The translations under genes were made by a program, and so were the position numbers. Of a stretch of 64,000 bases of DNA, positions 49,153 to 59,129 are shown in pieces (positions within the stretch are counted from its first letter, which is position 1; each line of letters opens with the position of its first letter). Source of the stretch: Terriglobia bacterium (GTDB lineage: Bacteria; Acidobacteriota; Polarisedimenticolia; Polarisedimenticolales; JAIQFR01). The stretch is from the NCBI GenBank assembly GCA_963748015.1, contig CAVVHE010000008.1, positions 1-64,000 on the forward strand, written 5' to 3'. The notes beneath the pieces were generated by a model that saw only the letters and a list, made by a program, of their open reading frames with translations, was not told the DNA's origin and searched no databases.

Positions 49153-50583
49153 ATGCAGGCGCTGCGCGATTTCCTGGAGATCCCCTACGACCAGCTCGAG
49201 GAGATGAACAAGTCGGCGAGGCAGGATCGCCTCGCCCGGAAGGACCCCGGAAAGATCCGCGAGGCGCGGCTCAAGTACCTGCGGGACGAGAAGCGGATCA
49301 AGGCGGTGACGGTCTGCTTCACCGACCTCGAGGGCCGGCTTCACATGCTGGACTACGACAAGAAGTTCCTCCTCGGGTCGGACGACAACCTGACGTTCGA
49401 CGGCTCCTCGATCAAGGGCTTCTCGCGGCAGGCGGAGTCGGACCTGAGGCTCGGCATCGACTGGCCCTCGTTCTGCTGGCTCCCCGCCGACGTCTTCGGT
49501 CCGGGAAAGGTCCTGGTCTTCGGCGAGGTGCTGGACCAGGACGGCTCCCCCTACGTCGGCGACGTCCGGGCGCGCCTCAAGGGGCTCAGCGACGAGCTGA
49601 ACAAGAAGGGGATGGTCGCCCACGCCTCGAACGAGATCGAGGGGTTCCTCTTCAACGGGCGCGACGCCGAGCGCCGGTATCGCGAGGTCGGGGCCTTCGA
49701 GTTCATCTCGACGGGCGGCTACTACCACTCGCTCCCGGGCGACACGCTGCGCAAGTTCATCGACGGCAACGCGGAGGTCCAGCGCGCCCTCGGCTTCGGC
49801 AACGAGAAGGACCACCCGGAGGTCGCGCCGTCGCAGTTCGAGATGAACTACTCCCACACCGAGGCGGTCCTCGCGGCGGACCAGGTGCAGCTCTACAAGC
49901 TGGTCGCGCGCCAGGTGGCGGCGCAGATGGACCTCACGGCCTCGTTCTTGCCGAAGCCGGTGGCCGGCGTGAACGGCAACGGTATGCACACGAACATGTC
50001 CCTCGCCAAGAACGGGAAGAACCTCTTCCACGACAAGAAGGGGCAGGACGGGCTCTCCAAGCTCGCCTGGGACTTCATCCAGAGAATTCTCGCGAACGCC
50101 AACGACATCTGCCTGATCCTCAACTCGAGCGTGAATTCCTACCGGCGCCTGGACCCCCACTTCGAGGCGCCGAACCAGATCAAGGTGTCGGCCTCCGACC
50201 GGGGCTCGATGGTCCGAATCCCGATCGGGAACGAGAGGTCGGCCCGGATCGAGGTCCGGTCGATCGCGCCGGACTCGAACCCGTACCTCGCCATCTACGC
50301 GCTGGTCCGCACCGGGCTCGAGGGGCCGCTCGGGGGGGACGAGAACGACGGGAAGCGCACGCGCACGCGTTTCCTTCCGGACAACATCTACGACGCCGTC
50401 CGGATGTTCAAGGGGAGCAAGTTCGCGCAGCAGATCCTCGGCGCCGACGTGCACGAGAAGTTCGCCGAGCTCAAGCTTGCCTCGGCCGAGCGGTGCCCGA
50501 AAGCGCTCGGCACCCGCATCAAGCGGAGCGAGATCCAGTTCCACCACGAGGTGACGAACCAGTACCTGTGGTCGCAGTTCTGA
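49153..50583 (+). CDS. glnA: Glutamine synthetase (type I-like)
   Basis: TFDGSSIKGF, ESDL, HPEVAPSQFE, FLPKP, NGNGMHTN, NSYRRL, RIEVRS; ATG 49153 after AAGGAGG. Confidence 0.92.
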   Translation: MQALRDFLEIPYDQLEEMNKSARQDRLARKDPGKIREARLKYLRDEKRIKAVTVCFTDLEGRLHMLDYDKKFLLGSDDNLTFDGSSIKGFSRQAESDLRLGIDWPSFCWLPADVFGPGKVLVFGEVLDQDGSPYVGDVRARLKGLSDELNKKGMVAHASNEIEGFLFNGRDAERRYREVGAFEFISTGGYYHSLPGDTLRKFIDGNAEVQRALGFGNEKDHPEVAPSQFEMNYSHTEAVLAADQVQLYKLVARQVAAQMDLTASFLPKPVAGVNGNGMHTNMSLAKNGKNLFHDKKGQDGLSKLAWDFIQRILANANDICLILNSSVNSYRRLDPHFEAPNQIKVSASDRGSMVRIPIGNERSARIEVRSIAPDSNPYLAIYALVRTGLEGPLGGDENDGKRTRTRFLPDNIYDAVRMFKGSKFAQQILGADVHEKFAELKLASAERCPKALGTRIKRSEIQFHHEVTNQYLWSQF

Positions 50584-50606
50584 TCCCGCGCCAAGGCGAG
50601 CACGGG

Positions 50607-50642
50607 GAAGCCCTTCTCCCGGCTTGCCGGGAGGAGGGCTTC
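50607..50642. terminator. Hairpin between convergent glnA and ferredoxin genes
   Basis: GAAGCCCTTCTCCCGG-CTTG-CCGGGAGGAGGGCTTC, 16-bp stem with one G-U pair; no U tract. Confidence 0.55.
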
Positions 50643-50719
50643 GTGACGCGCCGGAAAGGCGCGGTTGTTTCGCTACCGGCCCGCGAGCAGCACGATGAAG
50701 GCCGCGATCCGCACGTTCC

Positions 50720-51625
50720 TCATCGCGTTCCCCCTCCGACGAGCCCGAGCCCCTTCGACGCCGCCCCCTGCATCCGCGGCTCCGCCGGCGGGGCCGCGAT
50801 CCCGGCCCCGGGCCCAAAGATGGTCCTGGACGCTCCCATGTCGCCGTTCAATCCGATCGTGATCTCGTCCACCACCAGGTCGTCCCGCCCGCTCATCGCG
50901 GCGGCTTGGCGGGCGATCAGCGTGAGCCCTCCGCAGCAGGGCACCTCCATCCGGACGACGGCGACCCTCGGAATCGTCGCGTCGCGGAGGATCGCCGCGA
51001 GCTTCGCCACGTAGGGCGACGTGTCGTCGAGCTTGGGGCAGGCGATCGCGACCGAGCGCCCCCTCAGGAACCTCCAGTGCACGTCGGCCGACGCGACGGC
51101 GCCGCAGGAGTTCAGGAGCACCAGCTCCTTCCCGCGAAAGAACGGGGCGCCCGGCTGCACCAGGTGGAGCTGGACCGGCCACTGCCGCAGCTCCGACGGG
51201 ATCGCCTGCTTCGGCCCCGAGCCGTCCCCGGTGTGCGCGACGGCCGGCGGGGCCGGGTCGAGGCGGGCCCGCGAGCCGGGGCAGCCGCCGCCGGCATGGG
51301 CGTGCGGCGGCGCGGGGGAGGCATGGCGCGCCTCGTGGACGGCCGCGGCTTCCTCGAGACGCCTGACCGCCTCGGCGCCGCCGGTCGCCGCGACGTGCGC
51401 GCGCGTCGCCTCGAAATCGAATTCGCCGGCCTCGCGCTCCTCGATCACGAGCGCTCCCGTCGGGCACTCCCCGATGCAGTCGCCGAAGCCGTCGCAGTAC
51501 TGCTCCTTCACGAGGCGGGCCTTGCCGTCCACGATCGCGAGCGCGCCCTCCGAGCACGCGGTGACGCACTCCCCGCAGCCGTCGCAGAGCGCCTCGTCGA
51601 TGGTAATGATCTTTCTCGTTGCCAT
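50720..51625 (-). CDS. 2x[4Fe-4S] ferredoxin-domain protein of the type often linked to hcp/HcpR loci
   Basis: CDGCGECVTAC, CDGFGDCIGECP, GGGCPGS, LRQWPVQLHLV, IACPKLD, MEVPCCGGL. Confidence 0.85.
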   Translation of the reverse strand: MATRKIITIDEALCDGCGECVTACSEGALAIVDGKARLVKEQYCDGFGDCIGECPTGALVIEEREAGEFDFEATRAHVAATGGAEAVRRLEEAAAVHEARHASPAPPHAHAGGGCPGSRARLDPAPPAVAHTGDGSGPKQAIPSELRQWPVQLHLVQPGAPFFRGKELVLLNSCGAVASADVHWRFLRGRSVAIACPKLDDTSPYVAKLAAILRDATIPRVAVVRMEVPCCGGLTLIARQAAAMSGRDDLVVDEITIGLNGDMGASRTIFGPGAGIAAPPAEPRMQGAASKGLGLVGGGTR

Positions 51626-51705
51626 CGTCCTCTCCTTGTCCCACGGTCCCGGGAAGGTCACGATCCCGAGCAGGGCCTCAATCTGATCATCCGAGCTCCT
51701 TCCGC

Positions 51706-51725
51706 GCCGTGACCAGGGTCACGGC
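51706..51725. promoter_or_regulatory. CRP/HcpR-type palindromic binding site
   Basis: GCCGTGACC-AG-GGTCACGGC (core CGTGA-N6-TCACG) between the divergent ferredoxin and Crp/Fnr genes. Confidence 0.65.
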
Positions 51726-51769
51726 AGCCTCGCGCGTCGGGACCCACCGGTTGTGGCATGCTCGGGGCG

Positions 51770-52429
51770 ATGAAGGGCAAGCGCGAGATCCTCCGCTCGG
51801 TACCCATCTTCCGGGAGCTTCCGGACCCCCTCCTCGAAGAGATCCTAAGCCTCTGCTCGGAAACGACTTACTTGAAAGGGGAGACCGTCTTCCTCCAGGG
51901 CGGCAAAGCGGTCGGCCTGTTCGTCGTGTGGCGCGGGGAGCTGAAGGTCTACAACGTCGGCGACGGCGGGCGGGAGCAGATCCTCGAGATCGAAGGGCCC
52001 GGGCGGACGGTCGCCGAGCTGCCGCTCTTCGACGGCCTGCCGTACCCGGCCTCCTGCGCGGCCCTCGAGGACAGCATCGTCCTCACCATGCCCGCCTCGA
52101 CCTTTCACCGGCTCGTCGAGGCGAACCCCCTGCTCGCGCGCGCCGTCATCTCGAGCCTCTCGCAGCGCCTCCGCCACATGGTCTCGCTCGTCGGGGAGAT
52201 CTCGCTGAGGGACGTGCGCGAGCGGCTGGCGACGCTCCTCCTCGACCTCGCGGGCGATCGGGACGAGGTCGAGCTTCCCTGGACCAACCAGGACATCGCG
52301 TCGCGCATCGGGACCGTTCGCGAGATCGTCTCGCGGACGATGAGCCGGATGACTCACGAGGGCGTGATTCGTCTCGACGGCCGCATGCTGACGATCCTCG
52401 ACCGTCGCAGGCTCTCGGGACCGAGTTGA
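51770..52429 (+). CDS. Crp/Fnr family transcriptional regulator
   Basis: cNMP-like domain (GELKV...GREQIL...YPAS); HTH TNQDIASRIGTVREIVSR; no FNR Cys cluster. Alternative start at 51758. Confidence 0.9.
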   Translation: MKGKREILRSVPIFRELPDPLLEEILSLCSETTYLKGETVFLQGGKAVGLFVVWRGELKVYNVGDGGREQILEIEGPGRTVAELPLFDGLPYPASCAALEDSIVLTMPASTFHRLVEANPLLARAVISSLSQRLRHMVSLVGEISLRDVRERLATLLLDLAGDRDEVELPWTNQDIASRIGTVREIVSRTMSRMTHEGVIRLDGRMLTILDRRRLSGPS

Positions 52430-52512
52430 GGGGGCCGTCGAGCGCTCCGGCGTGGCGGCTGTCCCACCACTCGAATTGACGGCAACCGCGCCTCCGCGCC
52501 ATCCTGTCCGGG

Positions 52513-53265
52513 ATGAACGGAACGGATGCCTGCTGCGCGCACGGGGCCACGGGAGGAGATCCTCTTTCCCTGACGCTCCTGTTCGGGACGGGGCTCCTGA
52601 TGAGCTTCGGCCACTGCCTCGGCATGTGCGGGCCGATCGCGGCGGCGTTCGCGCTCGCGCAGGCTCCCTCGGGAGCTTCGAGGTGGCGGCTTCTGCCGCC
52701 GCTCGCGCTCTACAACGCGGGACGCGTCACCGCTTACTCGGCGATCGGCGTCGCGGCGGGCCTGGCCGGGGCGCTCTTCGCGTCCGTCGGCGGGGCGCGC
52801 GCCGCGGTCTCTCTCGCCGCGGGCATCCTGGTCTTCGCCGCGGGGTTGGCACTCGCGGGGATCTTGCCCGCGACGCGGTGGCTCGAAGCCTCGCCCCTCG
52901 GCTCGGCCGTCTCCCGCGCGATCCGGTCGCTCATCGGCTCCCGGAGCACTCTCGGGAACTACGCCCTGGGCGTCGCGAACGGCTTCCTGCCGTGCGGACC
53001 CGTCGCGGCCGCGGCGCTCGCCGCCGCGGGGGCCGGCGGCGCCCTCCGCGGCGCGGCGGCCATGGCGGCGTACGGCGCCGGGACCGTTCCGGCGATGCTC
53101 GCCCTGGGCCTGGGGGCGTCGGCGCTCGGAGCCGGCGCCCGGGCGCGGCTGCAACGCGTCGGGGCCGTCCTCGTCGTCCTGCTCGGGGCCCAGCTCGTCC
53201 TGCGCGGCCTCCACGGCTTCGGACTCCTGGGGACCGGCGAGCTCGGTCCCCTCGTGCTCTGGTAG
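52513..53265 (+). CDS. DsbD_2/TauE-like membrane protein of cbb3 oxidase clusters
   Basis: HCLGMCGP, YNAGRVTAY, NGFLPCG, GTVPAM. Confidence 0.85.
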   Translation: MNGTDACCAHGATGGDPLSLTLLFGTGLLMSFGHCLGMCGPIAAAFALAQAPSGASRWRLLPPLALYNAGRVTAYSAIGVAAGLAGALFASVGGARAAVSLAAGILVFAAGLALAGILPATRWLEASPLGSAVSRAIRSLIGSRSTLGNYALGVANGFLPCGPVAAAALAAAGAGGALRGAAAMAAYGAGTVPAMLALGLGASALGAGARARLQRVGAVLVVLLGAQLVLRGLHGFGLLGTGELGPLVLW

Positions 53266-53269
53266 GCGC

Positions 53270-55661
53270 GTGGCGCGAGGAACGGCCGCGGCGGGCTGCC
53301 TGCACTGCGGCCTCCCCATTCCCGCGAACCGGCTAGCGCGGGGTGACGCGCACTGCTGCGACGGGTGCGCCCGCGTCCGCGCGCTCCTCCTCGGCGAGGG
53401 GCTCGACCGGTACTACGAGCTGCGGGGAGCGGCGGGGACGCCCCCGCCGGAGCTGCGCCCCGGGGGGCGGGCATGGCTCGAGGAGGCGCTTCCCCCGGCC
53501 GCTGCCCGGGGCGACCGGCCGGTCCGCCTGACGCTCGACGTGCAGGGGGTGCACTGCGCCGGCTGCGTCTGGCTCCTCCGCGAGCTGTTTCGCCGGCGGG
53601 AAGGGGCGATCGACGTGGTGATCAACCCCTCGCGGGGACAGGCGGACCTGGTCTTCGTTCCTTCTCGCCTCGACCTCTCGACGTACCTCGACGATGTAGA
53701 GCGATTCGGGTACCGGTTCGGCCCGCGCCGCCCTCGGGCCGTCCGGCCCGCTTCCGAGGGGCTCCTGGTCCGCCTCGCGGTGTGCGCCGCGGCGGCGGGC
53801 AACGTCATGCTGTTCAGCATCTCGTACTACTCGGGGCTCGGCGCGGGGGACGGAACTCTCTACGCCGTCTTCGGTTGGCTGAGCCTCGCGCTCACCACCG
53901 TCGCCGTCGCGGCGGGCGGATCGGTGTTCTTCCGCTCGGCGATCGCGGGACTCAGGGCCCGGGTGGCCCATCTCGATCTTCCGATCGCGCTCGGCATCGC
54001 TCTGGCGTTCGCGGGCTCGGTCCGCCTGCACTTCGCGCGCGGCCCCGAGCACGCGTACTACGACACGGTCGCCTCGTTCGTCACGCTCATGCTGGCGGGA
54101 CGGGTGCTTCAGGAGCGGGTCCTGGAGCGCAACCGGGCGAGCGTGCTGGCGTCCCCCGAGCTCGAGAGCCTGATCGTGCGCCGGGTGCGCGACGGGAGGA
54201 TCGAGCCGGTCCCGGCGTCCCGGATCGCCGCGGGGGACGAGCTCTGCGTCGTCGCGGGGGACCTCGTCCCGGTGGCGGGAGCGCTCCTCGAGGGGACCGG
54301 GACGGTGGCGCTCGACTGGATCACCGGCGAGCCCGGGACGTCCGAGGTCGCGGCGGGAGAGACCGTTCCCGCCGGAGCCTTCAACGCGGGCACGGCGCCG
54401 ATGCGCCTCGCCGCGCTCGAGGGGTTCGCCGAGTCCCGGCTGCACGATCTCCTTGCCTCTCCCGCTCCGCCGGCCCCCGGCCGCGGGCCCGGGGCAGCCT
54501 CCCTCTTCTGGCACCGCGCCGGCTCGGCCTGGGTCGCCGGGGTGATCCTCCTCGCCGCGGCGGGCTTCCTCTCCCGGCTCGGCGAGGGGATCGAGACCGC
54601 GGCGGCGATCGCGATCTCGATCCTGGTGGTCACCTGCCCGTGCGCGATCGGGCTCGCCGTCCCCCTCGGGCGCGAGCTGGCGTACGCGAGCCTCCGCCGG
54701 GAGGGCGTCTTCGTCCGCGACGCCACGTTCCTCGACCGCGCGCTCCGCGTCCGGCGCGTCCTCTTCGACAAGACGGGGACGCTCACGCTCGGGCGCTTGG
54801 CGCCGGACGCCGCGACGATCGAGGCGCTCCGCTCGCTCGGGGACGGCGACCGCGAGGTCCTGGCCGCGATGGCCTCCCGCAGCAATCATCCGGTGAGCCG
54901 TGCCGTCGCGGAGGCGCTCGATCGCCTCGGTCCCGCGGCCTCGGCGAACCCGCCCGCGGTGGAGCTCGTCGAGGCCCCGGGCCGCGGCCTCGAGGCTCGG
55001 GCCCTTGGGGCGTGCTTCAGGCTCGGGCGCCCGTCCTTCGCCGTAACGGATCCCCCGGCGGGGTCCGAGGGAGAGACCTGGCTCTCCCGCGACGACTCGC
55101 TCGTGGCAAGGCTCGCGTTCGGCGAGGAGATCCGGTCCGACGCGAGGGACGAAGTCTCGCGGCTCCGCGAGCGAGGGCTCGACGTGCGGATCCTGAGCGG
55201 CGACCGCCCGGCCCGGGTGCTCGCGGTGGCGGAGGCGCTCGGGCTGCCGGCGGACGCTTGCGAGGGCGGCCTCGAGCCCGAGGGAAAGGCCGGGCGGGTC
55301 GCCTCCCTCGACCGGCGCGACACGCTGATGGTCGGCGACGGCGTCAACGACGCGCCGGCGTTCGCCGCGGCGTTCTGCACGGCGACCCCCGCGGTGGACC
55401 GGCCGTCGATCCCCGCGCGCGCGGATTTCTATTTCCTGGGAGGCGGGATCGCGGCCGTGCGCCAGGCGCTCGAGACCGCCGCCCTCGCGGGGCGCGTGCA
55501 GTCCGCGAACCTGGTCTTCGCCGCGGTCTACAACGCCGGGGCGGTCGCCCTGTGCCTCGCGGGGGCGGTCGGCCCCCTCGTCGGCGGCGGTGCTCATGCC
55601 CGTCAGCTCCCTGGCGGTCGTCGGGCACACGGTCGCGCGCATGAGGAAACGGAGCCCGTAG
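53270..55661 (+). CDS. ccoI: Copper-translocating P1B-type ATPase for cbb3 assembly (one extra G near 55583)
   Basis: CLHC...CCDGC, HCAGC, TGE, CPC, DKTGT, HP, GDGVNDAPA, YN. The +1 frame restores AAVLMPVSSLAVV and TAG 55659-55661. Confidence 0.88.
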
Positions 55662-55915
55662 TGGACGTCCTGATCGTCCTGGTCTTCGTGTGTCTGGTCC
55701 TGGTGACAGGGGCCGTGCTCCTGTTTATCATGCGCACCCGGGCGGGCGATCTCGACCACGGCGAGCGTCTTTCCCTGCTCCCGCTCGAGCCGGACGCGGG
55801 CGAAGGCGAAGGCGGTCGACGAGGCGGCGAGGGGCCCGGCCCATCGAGCGGCACGGGCGAAGCCCCGGCGCCCGGAGGCGCCGCGGGTGCGAGCCGCGAG
55901 GGAGGAGCCGAGTGA
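55661..55915 (+). CDS. ccoS: cbb3 oxidase maturation protein
   Basis: GTG start; MDVLIVLVFVCLVL...F...GDLDHGERLSLLPLE. Confidence 0.8.
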   Translation: MDVLIVLVFVCLVLVTGAVLLFIMRTRAGDLDHGERLSLLPLEPDAGEGEGGRRGGEGPGPSSGTGEAPAPGGAAGASREGGAE

Positions 55916-58248
55916 GCGTGGCCGCACCCGCCGACGCGCGGACCCGCGAGGTCGTCTACGACGACGCGGTGGTTCGCCAGTTCGTGCTCGCGACCCTCCT
56001 CTGGAGCCTGGTCGCCTTCCTCGTCGGGCTCCTGGCCGCGGCGCAGCTCGCGCACTGGCAGGCGAACCTGGGGCAGAGCTGGCTCGCGTTCGGGAGGCTC
56101 CGGCCGCTCCACACGAACGCCGCGATCTTCGCGTTCGTCGGGAACATGATGTTCGCCGGGATCTACTACAGCACGCAGCGGCTGCTCAAGACCCGGATGG
56201 CCTCCGACGTCCTCTCGCGGGTGAACTTCTGGGGGTGGCAGCTCATCATCGTGCTGGCCGCGGTGACGCTCCCCCTGGGGCTGACCGAGGGGAAGGAGTA
56301 CGCCGAGCTGATCTGGCCCGTGGACGTCCTCGTGGCCGTGATCTGGGTGGTGTTCGCGGTCAACTTCTTCTGGACGGTCGCCGTCCGGAACGAGCGGAAC
56401 CTCTACGTCTCGCTCTGGTTCTACATCGCGACGATCGTCACGATCCCCGTTCTTTACATCGTCAACAACATGCAGGTCCCGACGGGGCTCCTGCACTCCT
56501 ACTCGGTGTACGCGGGGGTGCAGGACGCGCTCGTGCAGTGGTGGTACGGCCACAACGCGGTGGGATTCTTCCTGACGACGCCGATCCTCGGGATCATGTA
56601 CTACTTCGTCCCGAAGGCCGCGGACCGGCCCGTGTACTCCTACCGGCTCTCGGTCGTCCACTTCTGGGCGCTCGTGTTCGTGTACATCTGGGCGGGGCCC
56701 CACCACCTCCTGAACACGTCGCTCCCCGACTGGGTGCAGACGCTCGGGACCGTCTTCAGCATCATGCTGCTGGCCCCGTCGTGGGGCGGGATGGTCAACG
56801 GGCTCCTGACGCTTCGGGGCGCGTGGGACCGCCTCAGGACCGACCCCGTGCTCAAGTTCTACGCCGCGGCGATCACGTTCTACGGCATGTCCACGTTCGA
56901 GGGGCCGCTCCTCTCGATCAAGACGGTCAACGCGCTGGGGCACTACACCGATTGGATCATCGGCCACGTCCACGGCGGGGCGCTGGGCTGGAACGGCTTC
57001 ATGGCGGCGGGGATGCTCTACTGGATCGTGCCGCGGCTGTGGGGCACGAAGCTCCGCTCCACCCGCGCCGCGGAGGCCCATTTCTGGATCGGCACCTTCG
57101 GCATCCTGCTCTACATGGTCGCGATGTGGATCAACGGGATCAACCAGGGGCTCTTCTGGAGCGCCCTCGACGCCGACGGCTTCCTGAAGTATCCCGACTT
57201 CATCCAGGGGCTTCTCAACGCGTACACCCTCTACATCGCGCGGCTGATCGGCGGCCTCGCGTACTTCGCCGGCTTCGTCCTGATGGCCGTCAACCTCTGG
57301 CGGACGATCCGGTCCGGCTCCCCGACGACGGTCCGCGCGACGGTGGCCGTGCCCGAGCCCGAGGCCGGCCCGACGTTCTGGTCGCTGGTCAAGGGGGCGC
57401 CCGCGGTCCTGTCCGTGATCGTGGTCGTCCTCGCCGTGTGCCTCGGCCTCGCCGGCCCGGTCGTCACCCCGCTCGTCCTGACGGGAGGAGCGGCCGTCAC
57501 GGTCGCGGCGATCCTGGTCGCGGGGATGGAGCGCCGGCAGGCTGGGAGCTGGCACCGTCTCGTCGAGCGCGCGCCGATGACGTTCGCGTCGTTCGTGCTC
57601 GTCGCCATTCTCGTCGGCGGCCTGGTCGAGTTGATCCCGAGCATCGCGATTCGCCGGACGGTCCCGGCGCCCGGATCCAAGGAGGCGGCGTTCGTCGCGA
57701 AGCCGCTGAGCCCCCTCGAGCTCGAGGGGCGGGACCTCTACGTCCGAGAGGGGTGCTACAACTGCCACAGCCAGATGATCCGCCCGTTCCGCGCGGAAAC
57801 GCTGCGCTACGGGGAGTACACGCGCCTCGAGGAGTCGATCTACGACAGGCCCTTCCAGTTCGGCTCGAAGCGGACCGGGCCGGATCTCCAGCGCGAGGGA
57901 GGCAAGTACCCGAACCTGTGGCACTACCAGCACCTGATGGACCCGCGCTCGACGTCGCCGGGCTCGAACATGCCGTCCTACTCGTTCCTGAAGACCGCCC
58001 CCCTCGATCTCGAATCCGTGTCGAAGAAGCTATCCGTGATGCGGTCGCTCGGGGTCCCGTACACCGACCTCGACGTCCGGGGGGCCGCGACCCTCGCTCG
58101 GGCGCAAGCGGAGAGCATCCGCGCGGAGCTCGAGAAGGCGGGCGCGAAGATTCCCGCCGACACCGAGCTGATCGCGATGATCGCGTACCTGCAGCGCCTA
58201 GGGCGCGGGCCGCAGTTCTCCTCGCCGGGAGTGGCGGAGGCACGGTGA
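55912..58248 (+). CDS. ccoN: cbb3-type cytochrome c oxidase fused subunits I and II (CcoN-CcoO)
   Basis: FGRLRPLHTN, QWWYGHNAV, WAGPHHL, HYTDWIIGHVH; then REGCYNCHSQMIRP, GSKRTGPDL, SNMPSY. Confidence 0.95.
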   Translation: MSVAAPADARTREVVYDDAVVRQFVLATLLWSLVAFLVGLLAAAQLAHWQANLGQSWLAFGRLRPLHTNAAIFAFVGNMMFAGIYYSTQRLLKTRMASDVLSRVNFWGWQLIIVLAAVTLPLGLTEGKEYAELIWPVDVLVAVIWVVFAVNFFWTVAVRNERNLYVSLWFYIATIVTIPVLYIVNNMQVPTGLLHSYSVYAGVQDALVQWWYGHNAVGFFLTTPILGIMYYFVPKAADRPVYSYRLSVVHFWALVFVYIWAGPHHLLNTSLPDWVQTLGTVFSIMLLAPSWGGMVNGLLTLRGAWDRLRTDPVLKFYAAAITFYGMSTFEGPLLSIKTVNALGHYTDWIIGHVHGGALGWNGFMAAGMLYWIVPRLWGTKLRSTRAAEAHFWIGTFGILLYMVAMWINGINQGLFWSALDADGFLKYPDFIQGLLNAYTLYIARLIGGLAYFAGFVLMAVNLWRTIRSGSPTTVRATVAVPEPEAGPTFWSLVKGAPAVLSVIVVVLAVCLGLAGPVVTPLVLTGGAAVTVAAILVAGMERRQAGSWHRLVERAPMTFASFVLVAILVGGLVELIPSIAIRRTVPAPGSKEAAFVAKPLSPLELEGRDLYVREGCYNCHSQMIRPFRAETLRYGEYTRLEESIYDRPFQFGSKRTGPDLQREGGKYPNLWHYQHLMDPRSTSPGSNMPSYSFLKTAPLDLESVSKKLSVMRSLGVPYTDLDVRGAATLARAQAESIRAELEKAGAKIPADTELIAMIAYLQRLGRGPQFSSPGVAEAR

Positions 58249-58463
58249 GCCTGTTCAGGGAGTTCGTGGCGGCGCAGGGCCTCCCGGGCCTCGGGGCCGC
58301 CGCGACCTGCTTCCTCTTTCTCGTCTTCCTCGCCGTCCTCGCGCACGCGCTCCTCGGACGCGACGCGGCGAAGCGCGCGGAGAAGCTCGCGCGGCTGGCC
58401 CTCGACGACGCAGGGGACGGGGAGCGCGAGGGAGCCCACGGGGGCGACGGGGGCACCCGATGA
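58245..58463 (+). CDS. ccoQ: cbb3 oxidase small subunit
   Basis: Single TM (FLFLVFLAVL) then ARLALDD; sits between ccoO and ccoP with overlapping start/stop codons. Confidence 0.75.
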   Translation: MSLFREFVAAQGLPGLGAAATCFLFLVFLAVLAHALLGRDAAKRAEKLARLALDDAGDGEREGAHGGDGGTR

Positions 58464-59128
58464 AACGCGTCCGCGACGAGATGCTCGACCACGAGTTCGA
58501 CGGGATCCGTGAGTACGACAACCCGCCGCCGAACTGGATCATGTGGCTCCTCTGGGCCTCCATCGTGGTCGCGATCTTCTACTGGATGGGCTACCAGACG
58601 TTCGGCGTCGGGCGGCTCCCGACGCAGAAGTACGAGGACGAGATGGCGCGGGCGGCCGAGGCGCAGCTCGCCAGGATGGGAAAGCAGGAGGTGTCCGACA
58701 AGACCCTCCTGTTGATGGCGTCCGTTCCCTCCCGTATCGCGGAGGGCAGGAAGCTCTTCGAGCAGTTCTGCACCGTCTGCCACGGACCGAACGCGGAAGG
58801 ATCCGTCGGACCGAACCTGACCGACGCGTACTGGATCCATGGCGGGAAGCCGATGCAGATCCTCGGCACGGTGACGGCGGGAGTCCCGGACAAGGGGATG
58901 GTGGCGTGGGGCGGGCAGCTCGGTCCCGCGCGGGTCCAGACCGTGGTCGCGTACGTCTTGAGCGTCAAGGACTCGAACCGGCCGGGGAAGGCGCCCCAGG
59001 GGCAGCCCGAGCCGCCCGAGGCGCCCGGCGCCGCCCAGAAGGCGCAGGGCACGGCACCCGCGGCCGCTCCTGCCCCTGGGTCGAAGACCGCCGAGCCCGC
59101 CAAGCCCGCTCCCGTTCCCGGGGCCTGA
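58460..59128 (+). CDS. ccoP: cbb3 oxidase subunit III (mono-haem)
   Basis: HEFDGIREYDNPPPNW, CTVCH, GPNLTD, GMVAWG. Confidence 0.92.
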   Translation: MKRVRDEMLDHEFDGIREYDNPPPNWIMWLLWASIVVAIFYWMGYQTFGVGRLPTQKYEDEMARAAEAQLARMGKQEVSDKTLLLMASVPSRIAEGRKLFEQFCTVCHGPNAEGSVGPNLTDAYWIHGGKPMQILGTVTAGVPDKGMVAWGGQLGPARVQTVVAYVLSVKDSNRPGKAPQGQPEPPEAPGAAQKAQGTAPAAAPAPGSKTAEPAKPAPVPGA

Positions 59129-59129
59129 C

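Noticed and set aside
52475..52488. Possible FNR box (TTGAC...) upstream of the cbb3 cluster
   Set aside because: Only the left half-site is present (TTGAC-GGCA-ACCGC); it could equally be a -35 element.
53270..55915. Apparent CcoI-CcoS fusion (881 aa)
   Set aside because: One extra G near 55583; the +1 frame restores the conserved MPxSS helix and a stop at 55661 overlapping the ccoS GTG.
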